Source: Klebsormidium nitens | Lineage: Eukaryota > Plantae > Klebsormidiophyceae | Assembly (NCBI GenBank): GCA_000708835.1 | Contig: DF237039.1 | Span: 150,035 to 214,034 of the forward strand | Reading direction: 5' to 3' | Length of the DNA: 64,000 nucleotides | Made by a program: the position numbers and the translations under genes | Notes under the pieces: generated by a model | What the model was told of the DNA's origin: nothing | Databases searched by the model: none | Seen by the model: only the letters and a program-made list of their open reading frames with translations | Part shown: piece after piece, positions 34,603-46,118 of the stretch | Layout: every line of letters begins with the position of its first letter | How positions within the stretch are numbered: position 1 is the first letter of the stretch

Positions 34603-37600
34603 ATGGCGGGCGGGATGATCGTTGCTGGCTCGGAAGTGCACGACTTCCCTGCCAAGATCACCTTTTATGTCGTTATGGTGGCTCTGCTGGCAGCGTGCGG
34701 AGGTGACTATCTGACTCCGAATTCTGTTATAGAGTCTTGAGACATGCACCATGCACTGCTTGATGGAAGATGCACTACTTCATACTGGATGTACTGCAGG
34801 TTGAATGTGATATTGATGCTTTGCAAATCTCACCATGATGTCTGACTCCAAATTTCGTTCTACAGGTCTGCTGTTTGGTTATGACAATGGAGTCACTGGT
34901 AAGTTCAGAGGGCAAGATGATGTAGCTGAAGTTTTGATCATTTCTACCACCCCCGCATGCAAAGTTCCAGTAGCTCTTGCCAGTGGTTTAATCAGTGCTT
35001 GTTGCAATATCATGCTTGTACAAACCAGTACTTTATTACTGTATTGCTGCTTGTTTTTCTGCTTTAGCTCAGCCAGCTTGTGAGAAGCATCGTTTGCATC
35101 TTTGAAGAGCAGAGGCTCAGGACCTTTCTATGTCTGAAATTGGCAGGCTTCATTTCTCCCCATCTTGTGTGATTGTGACTGTCTCTTGTCTCTGCTTTTT
35201 CATTCACACTTGGTGTATGTGCAGGTGGTGTTACATCATTTCTACCATTCCTGGAAAAGTTTTTCCCAGCTGTTGCGAGGGCCACAGAGGTTGGTTACTA
35301 CTCAAACCATTATACTTTATCTGGCTTTTATGTATACTTCTCAGATATGCCTTGTGGGACCTGCTCTTGGATCCCTCTTTGTGTCTTTATGATACCCTTG
35401 CAGGTGAAATGCGGGTTACCTTGCACTTTCCTTCAGTTGAACATGCGGGGGTCCGATTCCTCAAGGTCCTTATTTCCTCAGATGTTTCAGGACAACATTC
35501 AGTTCTTGACATTGCAATATTGCAGGTGAATTGACTTTATTTATTGAAGCAAGTTCTCAAAATCTGATTGGTAAAGAAGTTATCTGTGGACAGAAGAGTC
35601 AATCTGGTTCTGTTTGGACACTTTTTGTCTCTTTTCATTGGTGCAACGGAGTCACCCTCAGTAGAAGGTGAGTCTGAAGACACCTATGCGGGTTGCAGGC
35701 GGCTATGTTGGAATTATTTTGTTCTAGGGCATGCAGAAAGGGTGGTACATCAACACTAGGACACTAGGATTTTTATTCTGGGCCCCTTGAACAAATCTGT
35801 GTCGTTAAGCATTGGAACTCGAATGTCTTGGTCTTCGGGCTCCACGCTTACCACCCACCATTGCATTTTTTTCGCAATTGCCAGGGAGAAGAATTTAGGA
35901 TACAACTGAACAATTTTAGCACGGTTCTGAACTGAATGATTAGGTCCTGTTCACCCACTTCTTGTTTCTCCCAAGAACCTCGAAATAACTCTTGTCTGTT
36001 GTTACCTCTTTTGCAGGCGGGTGTTGACGCAAACAGCGCCTACTGCAAGTACGACAATCAGGGGCTGCAGCTCTTCACGTCGTCGCTGTTTCTAGCTGGC
36101 GCGTTTGCCTCCTTGATTGCATCCTACACCACCAGGGCATGGGGCCGCAAGCGCACCATGCTCATTGGCGGCCTCTTCTTCTGCGTGGGGGCCACCCTCG
36201 TTGCTGCTGCTCAAGACTTGGCGATGCTCATCATTGGTCGCATCTGCCTTGGTATTGGAGTTGGTTTTGCCAATCAGGTACATGCCCAAGGGCTTGCCAG
36301 AAAATCTCGTCCGTGAATTCAATTGCGAAAATTGAAGCTCAAATTAGTCGTGTCATTTGTAAATAGCACAAGTCTCGTTGTTCTTCTGGCTTCGGCAAAA
36401 GATAGTAGTTCTAATCAAAACTAGATTGGTTCAATCTAGTTGACATTCGCACTGTAGCTGGGAAGATATTGGATCAATCAGGCATTTCTGTGTGTTTTGT
36501 GGATCACTCCTCTCTGCCGCTTCAGGTGCGGCAGGTCATGTTCTTGCTGAAAGACGTTGTGATTGACTCCTGCCTCCTCTGCTGTTACAGGCTGTTCCCC
36601 TGTACCTGTCTGAGATGGCTCCTCCCAAAGTCAGAGGTGCTCTCAACATCATGTTCCAGTTGGCAGTGACCATTGGCATCTTGGCCGCTCAGTTGATCAA
36701 CTATGGTACCCAGTACATTGACCCTTGGGGCTGGAGGCTTTCTCTTGGTAAGCCACCAGGTTAACTCCCTGATCAGTTTCCCTTGACATAGTCAGGGGTT
36801 TTGTTGGCTTAATTGAAAGCGTTAGTGTGCAATCAGAAGCCAGCCCAGGTTTCAATCCTCACTTGTTCGAAGTCGGTTCGATTACTCATTATTCGCCTCC
36901 AGTCTTTCAAGGGCTCTCTGCGTTTTGAATGCTACTGAACACTCTGGTCTCTGCTGCAAGTCATGTGTGCTCTCCAATCGTGGATCTTCGCTGGTGGCCG
37001 ATTCCTTGTGATCGGATTTTGAGTTTTTCTTTGTTGGATGTAACAAAGCGTTCCTACACGATTCAATGCAAACACTTCCCTCAGTGTCTCGCATAATCTC
37101 TGTGCAGGCCTCGCCGGTGTTCCTGCCGCGCTGGTAACCCTGGGCGGTCTCATTCTGCCCGAGACTCCCAACAGTCTGATTGAGCGTGGCCAAATAGAGA
37201 AGGCGCGCCACGTCCTGCGCAAAGTGCGGGGTGTGGACAACGTTGAGGAGGAGTTTCTGGACATCAAGAGTGCCTGCGAGGTCGCGGCGCGCGTGAAGCA
37301 CCCGTGGAGGAATATCATCAAGCCGCGCTACCGCCCGCAACTCGTCTTCTGCATTGTCCTCGAGTTCTTCCAGCAGGTGAGGGGTGATGTCATGCTGTCG
37401 TCATGCATGCGGCCGAGGTTGCATGTGAGGGTGGATAGCATGCATTGTAGGCAAGTTCGTGCGCAATGGTCGAATCCTTTTGACAGGTCAATAGTGTGTT
37501 AAAATTAAGAACATGTCCTAGTTCTCTTAGGTTCGCTAGTTACGCTGTCGCACAGGAATCCGCTGGACCCTTCAAGGACGCTTAGGCTGGCCCCTTCTCT

Positions 37601-39490
37601 GACATATCTCTCCTCAAAGCTTCGACCTGAAAATAGTCGAGGACTTGGGAGTAGTGTTTTATTATCATCGCTTCGATACACGATCAAGTTGTGTGTCAAA
37701 CGCGGCGCTCATTTACACTTGTCGTCCCCACTGCAGTTCACGGGTATCAACGCCATCATCTTCTATGCCCCCGTCCTTTTCAATTCGCTCGGCAGCGGCA
37801 AGACGGCGTCGCTTTTGTCGACCGTTATCATTGGCGTGGTGAACGTGCTGTCAACGCTAGTGGCCGTCTTCACGGTCGACAAATTCGGCAGGCGCGCGCT
37901 CCTGCTCGAGGCCGGCGTTCAGATGACACTCGCACAGGTGAGGCGGCGGTACCTTGCCCCTAAGCATTGGTTTGACTCTGGGCAGTCTCTCGCTGATTCG
38001 ATTCGTATCCAAGGCAGTGCGTCGCCATTCAGTGTACCTTTGTTTGTAGAGAACATCAAATAGCCACTTGCCTCCAGTAGAGAACATCGAAGAGCTTGAA
38101 ATCTCGTAACCTGAAGTTTGCCACACCCGTTCAGAACATTTCGAGGTTGTTCTTCCAGCCCTTCGACTCACCTTTTGATATCCCCAACTTTATATCCAAC
38201 CTAATATCCAACTTAATATCCAACTTCCAAATCCCAAAGTTCGATGTACGAAGTATGCAATTTGCCGCTCCCTGACCCCGCCACTCCCCTCGTGCCAGGT
38301 GGCAACCGCGATCGTGCTGGGCGTGGAGTTTAGCCGGCACCCCAACGGCAATTTGCCGGAGGGCATCTCCATCGTGGTGATCGTCATCATCTGCATCTTC
38401 ATTTCCAGCTTCGCCTGGTCATGGGGCCCCCTCGGCTGGCTCATCCCGTCTGAGATCCAGCCCCTCGAGACGCGCTCCGCGGGGCAGTCCATCACCGTGT
38501 TCACCAACCTCCTCTTCACCTTCGTTATCGGCCAGGTATGGTTTGATCTGCACTTTGGTTGGTCTAACCAAGGCGTCCTCCGCTCTTGATTTGTTGGTTG
38601 TCAAGAATTTTCTGATACCTCTTTAGTAAGAGGACTGTTTTCCTGACTCTCTCTGTGTGCTAGTCTGTGCGGAGCCTCTATGTTGCATTGTTCGTTTTTC
38701 GCGATTGCAGTAAAGCAGCAGGTGTGATGCACCAGAGGCTTCGCTTGACAAGCAAACGGTCAATGGCTGCAAAGAGCTGACTGTATCATCTTACCTTTTC
38801 GTGCAGTCCTTCCTGTCGATGCTCTGCGCCATGCAGTTTGGCATCTTCCTCTTCTTTGGCGGCTGGGTTGTCATCATGACGCTCTTCGTGCTCTTCTTCC
38901 TGCCCGAGACCAAGGGAGTTCCCCTGGAGGACATGCCAGCCGTTTTCAGGTAAACTACTCTTACTGCGCAGCTTTTAGAATTTTGGCAGCTTGAAGTGCG
39001 AATGGTTTGTCGGTCGGACATTGACAACTGCTACCTGGTATGTGCGGGTGCGAGTTACTTTGGTCAATATGCTTAACATGAACTGTGGGTCCATGGCATG
39101 TCGGTCTGGATCTTTTCTTAGTATGGCGATTTGGATTTCCTCCTTCAATTCAAATAGGAAAGCCTTCCGAGTGTGATCCTTCGATTCTTTCTCGAAACTT
39201 GTTCACTGTGCCCAATGGGTTACGCAGGACTACGTCAAAACAGGGGATGCACACGAACACGCCAAAAAGGATTTGTCCGATTTTGGACAGAGTTTAACCT
39301 CTGGAATTGGCACCACTGCAGGCGGCACTGGTTCTGGGGCCGCTTCTCTCCTCCGGTGGAGACAACCGAGACGGTGAAGGACACCGCTCACGGGCTTCCC
39401 GAGGTAAACGGCAAGGGGTACAACGCTCCGGCGCACGCTGCCAACGTACAGATGAACCGGTTCGACGAAGACAAGGGGGCTCGCTTCTAG
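34603..39490 (+). CDS. STP: MFS sugar/H+ symporter (STP/HUP family), 10 exons, 544 aa
   Basis: Exons 34603-34702, 34866-34898, 35225-35289, 36017-36277, 36591-36747, 37108-37376, 37737-37937, 38299-38535, 38807-38949, 39322-39490 (1635 nt). Motifs [92 protein letters not shown]. Confidence 0.96.
38178..38226. repeat. 12-bp minisatellite in STP intron 7
   Basis: About 4 copies of aatatccaactt (atatccccaactt, tatatccaacct, aatatccaactt, aatatccaactt). Confidence 0.8.
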
Positions 39491-41891
39491 GTGTCGTCAA
39501 GTTTGGGTTGAGTCGGTCACGTGTGTTGAGATACTTGCACATAGTCAGAAGCGTAACAAAACGCGTTTTTGGGTATCTGATCGCGTTGGCCAGTTGGTGC
39601 GTGTTCACTTAATCAGCGCTTTGTGAGTGGATTGTCAAGGACAGATAAAAAACGACCGCAAGGGGTCATTTAAGAGTAAGAGTGTGGGTTAGAAAACATG
39701 AAGGTTTTAGAAGAATCACCAGTAGCGGTTCGCATGAGTTTGGAGTTTGACCAGATTGAGAGGGGCACAAATTTTGGAACATTTGCACCCAGTCGACGCA
39801 CCAGCTTGGTGCGCTGGTTGCACACGAGCGGTAGCTTGATTGGACGTCAAGTAGATTAGCTTACATAAACCTCAATGCAAGCTCCTAATCTTAGGTTGAT
39901 CAGATCAGAGTGAACGGTCAACTAGAGTAGGGACAGTATCGAAACAAGTCGGCACTTCAGTCAGTCTATTGTAACTTGGGAAATCGTCAAACCAAGTAAC
40001 TTTCATCATATCCTAACTTCGTTCTTTAATGTTCTGCCAATATTTTGCGAGACTGTCTCCTTGGGTCCATGGCATGGCAATATGGCCGTATGTGAACATG
40101 CCAGGTCCTTGCCATTACAACATGCTTATACGACTATACATTTGTCCGCTTAAGGTTGAGGGTGTCATGTGTAAGTATGTGTATCTCGATAGTATTTGGT
40201 ACTGCGTATCATTTTTAGTTTCGGTATATATTCTACGGGGATATCGTAGTAGTACGCGCCCATGACATGTATGCCAATCCTGCAACGTTCCTTGCAGCGG
40301 AGTGGTGAACTCAGATAACATGCATGCCTACTCAGCCGACTCACTTGGGAACAAACTCTGATCGTGTGAGTGCATCGAGCTTCGGGAAATGGGACAGAAA
40401 GGATATAAGATATCTATAGCCCACACTAGGTAGGCATGCAAGTTTGTAAAGTATGCCCATTCCGCAAATTGTATGCTCACCGGATACAAGACGGAACAAG
40501 TGTCTGACTTGGGGACCGCAAGTGGTGAGAATGCTTCCGGCTCTGCCATTTGTGTAATAATCGGACCGGAGCAGAGCGAGATCTTGACCCTCAAGCAGCA
40601 ACGTCCGAAACTAATGGAATCAAGCAAGCCGCTCCTCGCCGGTTGGCTAATTCGGGGGGGCCAGTACATCGACACCTTTTGCATTCGCTTTGCTATGTAA
40701 ATTGTCGTACATGCACGCGTTCTCTCCGACGTTCGGGCCAGCCGTGACAGTGACGCAACGTGCGGCTTTGTGATGAATGACGCCGGTTAGTTTCCGTCTC
40801 CTCCCTTTGCATGGGAGGAGGTTGTGAGAAACAAGCGAGTGCACATTTTTAAAAATGAAGCTCGATTACCGTCCGTAGCCGATTGTCGAGACACGTACGG
40901 CACGTTTCATGGCGCCTGGCCTGCAGAACGACCTCAAGCAGATTTACGTGCTCGAAGACGTATGCGCATGGCAGACATGCAACTAATTTGAACTGCATGG
41001 ACCGAATACAATGGTCTTACAAAGAAGTATTTGCATGCATGTATCGGCTACCCCTGAAGGTCACTGAAAAAGCACTTTTGAGCTTGACAGAAATATTCAA
41101 TCATCTGTAACATGGAATATATGGAAAAAAGTACGAGCATAACAGGTTGATGCATCCGATCCATGTTTGCCAGTTCCAACGGTATAAGTCCAAGTCAAAT
41201 AGTGAAGCCTAGCTACTTTGGCTACTTTGACTCGCGACTTCCGGGCTACAGCTAGGTTACTATGTTTCGCCGCAGATTGAGTCGTCAGTAGGGGCACGTG
41301 GCGCTGCGCGAGCATATAAGCAAGGACTTTCGACGACTCTATACGTCTGAACTAAATCTGATCAAACGGCGGAACCCAAAACTTTCAAGTCCTTTCAAAA
41401 TGTACGGTGTATGCTTTACAAGTCAAAGTTGCTATGGACAACCTCTTGATCTCAAAGCCCACTTCCTCTTATTCGAACCATTGCGGGTTTCAAAGGCTGT
41501 TGACTCTCTATCGCTGGTTCAAATGAGGCCGAGCTGGTTCTAATTGAATGGTAATAAGCAAGAAGAATGCTCAAGTCTATACTTCCAAGCTTGCCGACCA
41601 CCTCAGTCCTTTCTCGTATCCACCAAGTGGTCTCCGATTGAAAATCTCTACAGACTATAAAGAAGGTATTGGTTCATGTCAACCAGAATGCAGTCGACCT
41701 TTGCAGACTACTAACTCTACTATTTGTTGCTATACGCCCGAGTCCCAATGTATCAACCAATCTGTCCGGACTCCGAAGAGGGCGCCCTCCGAATAGCGCT
41801 AGCACCCGCCAGCGCTGCATTTGTCTCGGCCCGGGTCTCGAAGTATCTCCGCCTGCCCCTCCCTTGACAAGACTACTCGCCCGCGCAACTA

Positions 41892-42851
41892 TCAGACCAC
41901 CTCCGGACCCCCTTCTTGTGGCGGCTTCCGAGACGGGCTGAGCTCCTCCCCATACAAGTTCGCCAGCTCAGCGTCCCCCCCGCTGACGTCATCGAGCACC
42001 GCAAAACCGGCGTGGCGCTTTTGGACGAACTCGTACCCAGCGCCCCCCCGCCCGTGGCCGAAAAAGTGTACTGCGGCCCCGTACGCGACCACGGTTAGGA
42101 CAACCACGGCGGCTAACCACCAGGCAAACTGCAGGTTAGCGATGCCGGTCGCGCGGTGCAGCGCCTCCTCGGTGTCGCATTTCACCCCCCCGTGGGGAAC
42201 GTCGTGGATCCCGACGCAGCCGGACGGGATGAGCGGGGCGAGGTAGAGCGTCGCGCCGGTTTGGACGAACCACACCCCCTGGAAGATCATCGCGGTGGAG
42301 CGAATCATCGCAGGCACGACGTTCGTCGGTTTCCAGGCCTCGATCAGCAGCCCCACAGCCGTTACGCCAATTGTTTGCAGGAGCAGTGCGTGGAAGTGGC
42401 CCTCGAGCCCCATGTGGGTCGTCGAGTGGAACGTGAACAGCAGGTACTCGAGCGCGAAGCAGATGGAAACTAGGACGTGGAGAAACCCGTCCGGCAGCGG
42501 GAGCGCGTCGGTGCTCTCGGCAACGAGCGCGACGAGGCCGTAGATGAGGAACAGGAAGAGCATCGCCGCGTGCTCGAAGTTGTTGAGGTGGGTCGCCGGG
42601 ATCTTGCCGTCAGCGAGCGGCTTGAAGTGCGGCGAGACGACGAGCTCCACCGCGATGTCGAACAGCGCCGCGAAGATGATGGCGTACAGCTCCGCGTAGC
42701 GCCGCTGGCCGGCGCGCGCGGCGGGCCACCACGGCTGCGAACGGAAGTGGCGGGGGGAGCGCGCGTACGTGCGCAGGATGTTGAACAGGTGCCACGCGCC
42801 GATGAGAACGAAGGCGAGGCCGGGCACGAGGTGGCCCAAAAACGCACCCAT
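41892..42851 (-). CDS. TMEM45: TMEM45/DUF716-family multi-pass membrane protein, single coding exon, 319 aa
   Basis: MGAFLGHLVPGLAFVLIGAWHLFN, HLNNFEHAAM, FHSTTHMGLEGHFH, FQGVWFVQTG; several TM helices; very GC-rich codons. An acceptor (ttttaccccccag) just before the ATG implies a 5' UTR intron. Confidence 0.92.
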   Translation of the reverse strand: MGAFLGHLVPGLAFVLIGAWHLFNILRTYARSPRHFRSQPWWPAARAGQRRYAELYAIIFAALFDIAVELVVSPHFKPLADGKIPATHLNNFEHAAMLFLFLIYGLVALVAESTDALPLPDGFLHVLVSICFALEYLLFTFHSTTHMGLEGHFHALLLQTIGVTAVGLLIEAWKPTNVVPAMIRSTAMIFQGVWFVQTGATLYLAPLIPSGCVGIHDVPHGGVKCDTEEALHRATGIANLQFAWWLAAVVVLTVVAYGAAVHFFGHGRGGAGYEFVQKRHAGFAVLDDVSGGDAELANLYGEELSPSRKPPQEGGPEVV

Positions 42852-45195
42852 GGTTGCTGGGGGGTAAAAGGCTCAGGTTAAGGGGGCTGAGAATGGGGGT
42901 TCAGGGGGCTCGAAATTCTGGGGGTGAAAGGGTTTGGGGGCTCGACTCTGGGGGTTTCCGATGTTCAGGCTTCCGAAGTTCAGGCTTGGATATAGATTTC
43001 TTGGGTTATGGTCCTCTAGGGGCTTGGGTACTGGGCTTTTAAAGCTGGGGGTTTGGAAGTTTTAACTAGGCTCTAGGTTCGTAAAGGCGAGAAAGACACA
43101 GACTGGGGGCCTGAGGGGTGATCTCCGGACAAGTAGGCTGGTTACGGCTCTCGATCTTGGAGCTCGAGAAGCCAAGGTGGTTCAATAAAGGGGTTCGGTT
43201 TGATGTTGGAGGGGCGTTGTTGAACCAGGTAGGAGTTGGCGCTGAGTGGGTGCCAGAACAGCGAGGCCTCCGACGCCAGGAAACAGCAATTTTGAGTTGA
43301 CAGCTGGCAGGCGCCCGACGCAGCTCCCAAGAAGGTAGAGCAGGCTCGAATGCCGGTAAGTTGACAGCAGCCAAGACCTGCGGCGGCAAAGAGGAAGAGA
43401 TGTCAGAACGGAACGCTTGATAACCCAATTGATTTGGGGTACAAAAAGATTTGTTCCTTCAACAAGAACCCCCAAAATTGCTTTGCTGAAGTCCCAACAC
43501 CGCTTTGAACATATAAGATATGAAACCAATATAACTTATAAACTAGAAAAGCAAACCCAATCTCCAAAAGTACAGGAGGTATCTCATAAAGCGCAAGCAC
43601 ACCCTAGAGTAGAAGGCATGCAGATGCCAAGTAACAACCCCAATAAGCTCCCCAATGGAACGCTTCCCCACTTGTGTTGGTCTAGGTTACCGCATCCATG
43701 CAGAATAATTAGTAGTATTCCTTTCCTTGCACTCCTCGATGAACTTCTTCGATCACAGCACAAAGGAGCTGGTCAGAAGGGCCCCAGCCTTCTATTGCCA
43801 GAATCACAAGATCAAATTCTGCATACCACCCAATTGGATTCATCTGGTTTGTGACTGGAGCTAAGTGAACTGGCAAGAGGGAGGTCTCCTGTGAGAAGAA
43901 GGCTCATTCTGCCAAACCACTAATCTGATTGCGTACCCAACACCCCAATCTCTTCTAAATGCCACCAACGAGAGAACCAGCCCTCAACGCGTTATCCCCA
44001 AGTCTCTATTCAAGCAGCATTGCCCAACTTTAGCCGACTTTGACATTACCATCCACATTTAGTGGTCAACTGAATGAGGAAAGTAAGAGAGAGTGGATCG
44101 ATGCGCACGGGAGTCAAAGAGAGCCCATATCCTCTCCAAGATTGAGAAACGACTGTGCTTGAGGTGAAAGGTAGGCAGTCCCTGCTGGCCGTAAAGCTAA
44201 CTCCAAGCTGCTGTTATGAGCTCAGGCTTGAAGCAAAAGCTCTGCTTAATGCGCAAAAGTCCGGGCAGAAATGCCAGTTGAAGGCAGCATTGCCATCGCA
44301 GGAAGGGTCACAAAAGAAGGGGCACTTTTGACGACTTTTAACGGAACCCAGAACCATGAACCAGAGCTACGCTGGAAAGGACATTCCAAAAAAAACGAAG
44401 AGCTGCCAAAGGTCTTTAGAATCAATGGAAATGTCATTGTCAAAACGGGTCATAATCATCTTAAAGTTCCACCACCACCAATTGAAAACCTTTCTAGAAT
44501 ACATATACTGGGGTTTGAGCCCACTGTACATGCCTCACTACTGAAAGGGCAGAAGTAACAGGGCGCAACAACGTACCGGCTACAACCAGCTGCCACCCTT
44601 GAGCTAGTGCTGTTGTCCTTCACAGCTGAGAGCGCCACAACCGGAAGGCTCTGCTCTCCGCTCGTTGTCCTCGAAAGGATCAACAAACTTCCTCAATGCA
44701 CCGCAGAGCTTCTTGTTTCTTCCTGTTCTCCAACCTTCGTAACTAACGTCCTCTGCACACCTCCCTGCCTTCGTCTCTTGCGCCAATGGTCGTGGTGAAA
44801 GAGAGGTCGACGCACAACGATTGCAGAACTTCTTTTACGCAGAGCCGTTTTGCTTGTCATGTAGAAAATGTTGCTGCAGGCTTGCTGCTGATTGCTCTTT
44901 GCTACATGATTGCAGTGCATATGCAACGCAGCTCTTTCCAGCCGCATGCTGAAAAGTGCCAGCACTTTCGGCCGGCGCTGGTTTCGACATTGCACGGCGC
45001 GTGAGACACTCAATGCTGACGGCACTGCAGATGAGGCGCTTGGGCCGGGAAGCGTCTGGACATTCGACGATTGAGCACCTCGCTCAGCTGATAGAAGCTG
45101 TAGGCTTCATGGCGGCCGCCTGTTTGTGGTGCTAAGCTCGAGAAGCGCCAGCCTGGAGCTCCCCAGAGCAGTGCCGTTCGTCACCTAGCAATGAC

Positions 45196-45379
45196 TGACG
45201 TCATGATGAGGGCTTCAACCTAGCTTTTGGCACACGCTTTGCCACTTGTCGATCTGACGCTCCTCAACGAGGATTGGCTGGAAAGCATCGGCTTTTGCGA
45301 CCGGGGATCCTACGTGGCAGAAAGTCTGCCACAGGTCGGTCTGCGAAGCGAAGGGGTAGTAAGTGAGAGGCCACGTGTG
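45196..45379. promoter_or_regulatory. Candidate bZIP/ABRE element cluster upstream of the TMEM45-like gene
   Basis: TGACGTCA (45196-45203), TACGTGGC (45311-45318), and CACACGTGGC on the minus strand (45370-45379). Function is inferred only. Confidence 0.3.
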
Positions 45380-46118
45380 CCATCTGCTGTGAATGTTTTA
45401 GAATCGTCGATCTTGTCAGCAATGAGCTTCTCAACCGTCCGATATGTATCTGCTAAAACTGCCCCAGTTATGAGTATGCTCATAACAGGCCGTGACTCGT
45501 GAGCGCACTACACTAATATGTAACAACTCGCGACAGTAACGAGGCTCGCAATGAGGCTAATTCGAAGGTGTCATAGGTGTTCGAAGGTTTACAGTTTCAT
45601 TGAAACGCACCAACACTGTCCACAATGTACATGTAACGGGATTCCAGATAATCATCACATGAGAGCTTCCGATATTCTGAATTGCAATTTTGAGCTTGTG
45701 TATTAGGATATTACGAAGCGCTTCACTAGGAGTCTATAGCTACATTTCTTGCTGCACGGGACTTTTTCGCTTGCAGGTTGCAAGTTTAACAATCATGGAT
45801 GCATGAGTAGGCCAGACAAACCTGAAAATCAACTCATCCTCTCAACAACGCCGAAAGTTGGGCATGATTGATCGATTGATCGTTGTATATGCCTTAGTAT
45901 ACACAAAGGAAAACACAGAACTGACCGCGTCGAAAGTTACTGATCTTTTCAAGTCAAACCCGAAATGGATACGTAAGACAATCCAATGATGGTTAATTTC
46001 AAAATGATGAAACCATGTTTGACACGATCCACATACACGCTAACGACATGTTGCCCAACATTCATCTTCGCTTATTATAGCCTTCTTAATGAAGAGCTTG
46101 ATTCCGCACAGAATTCCG

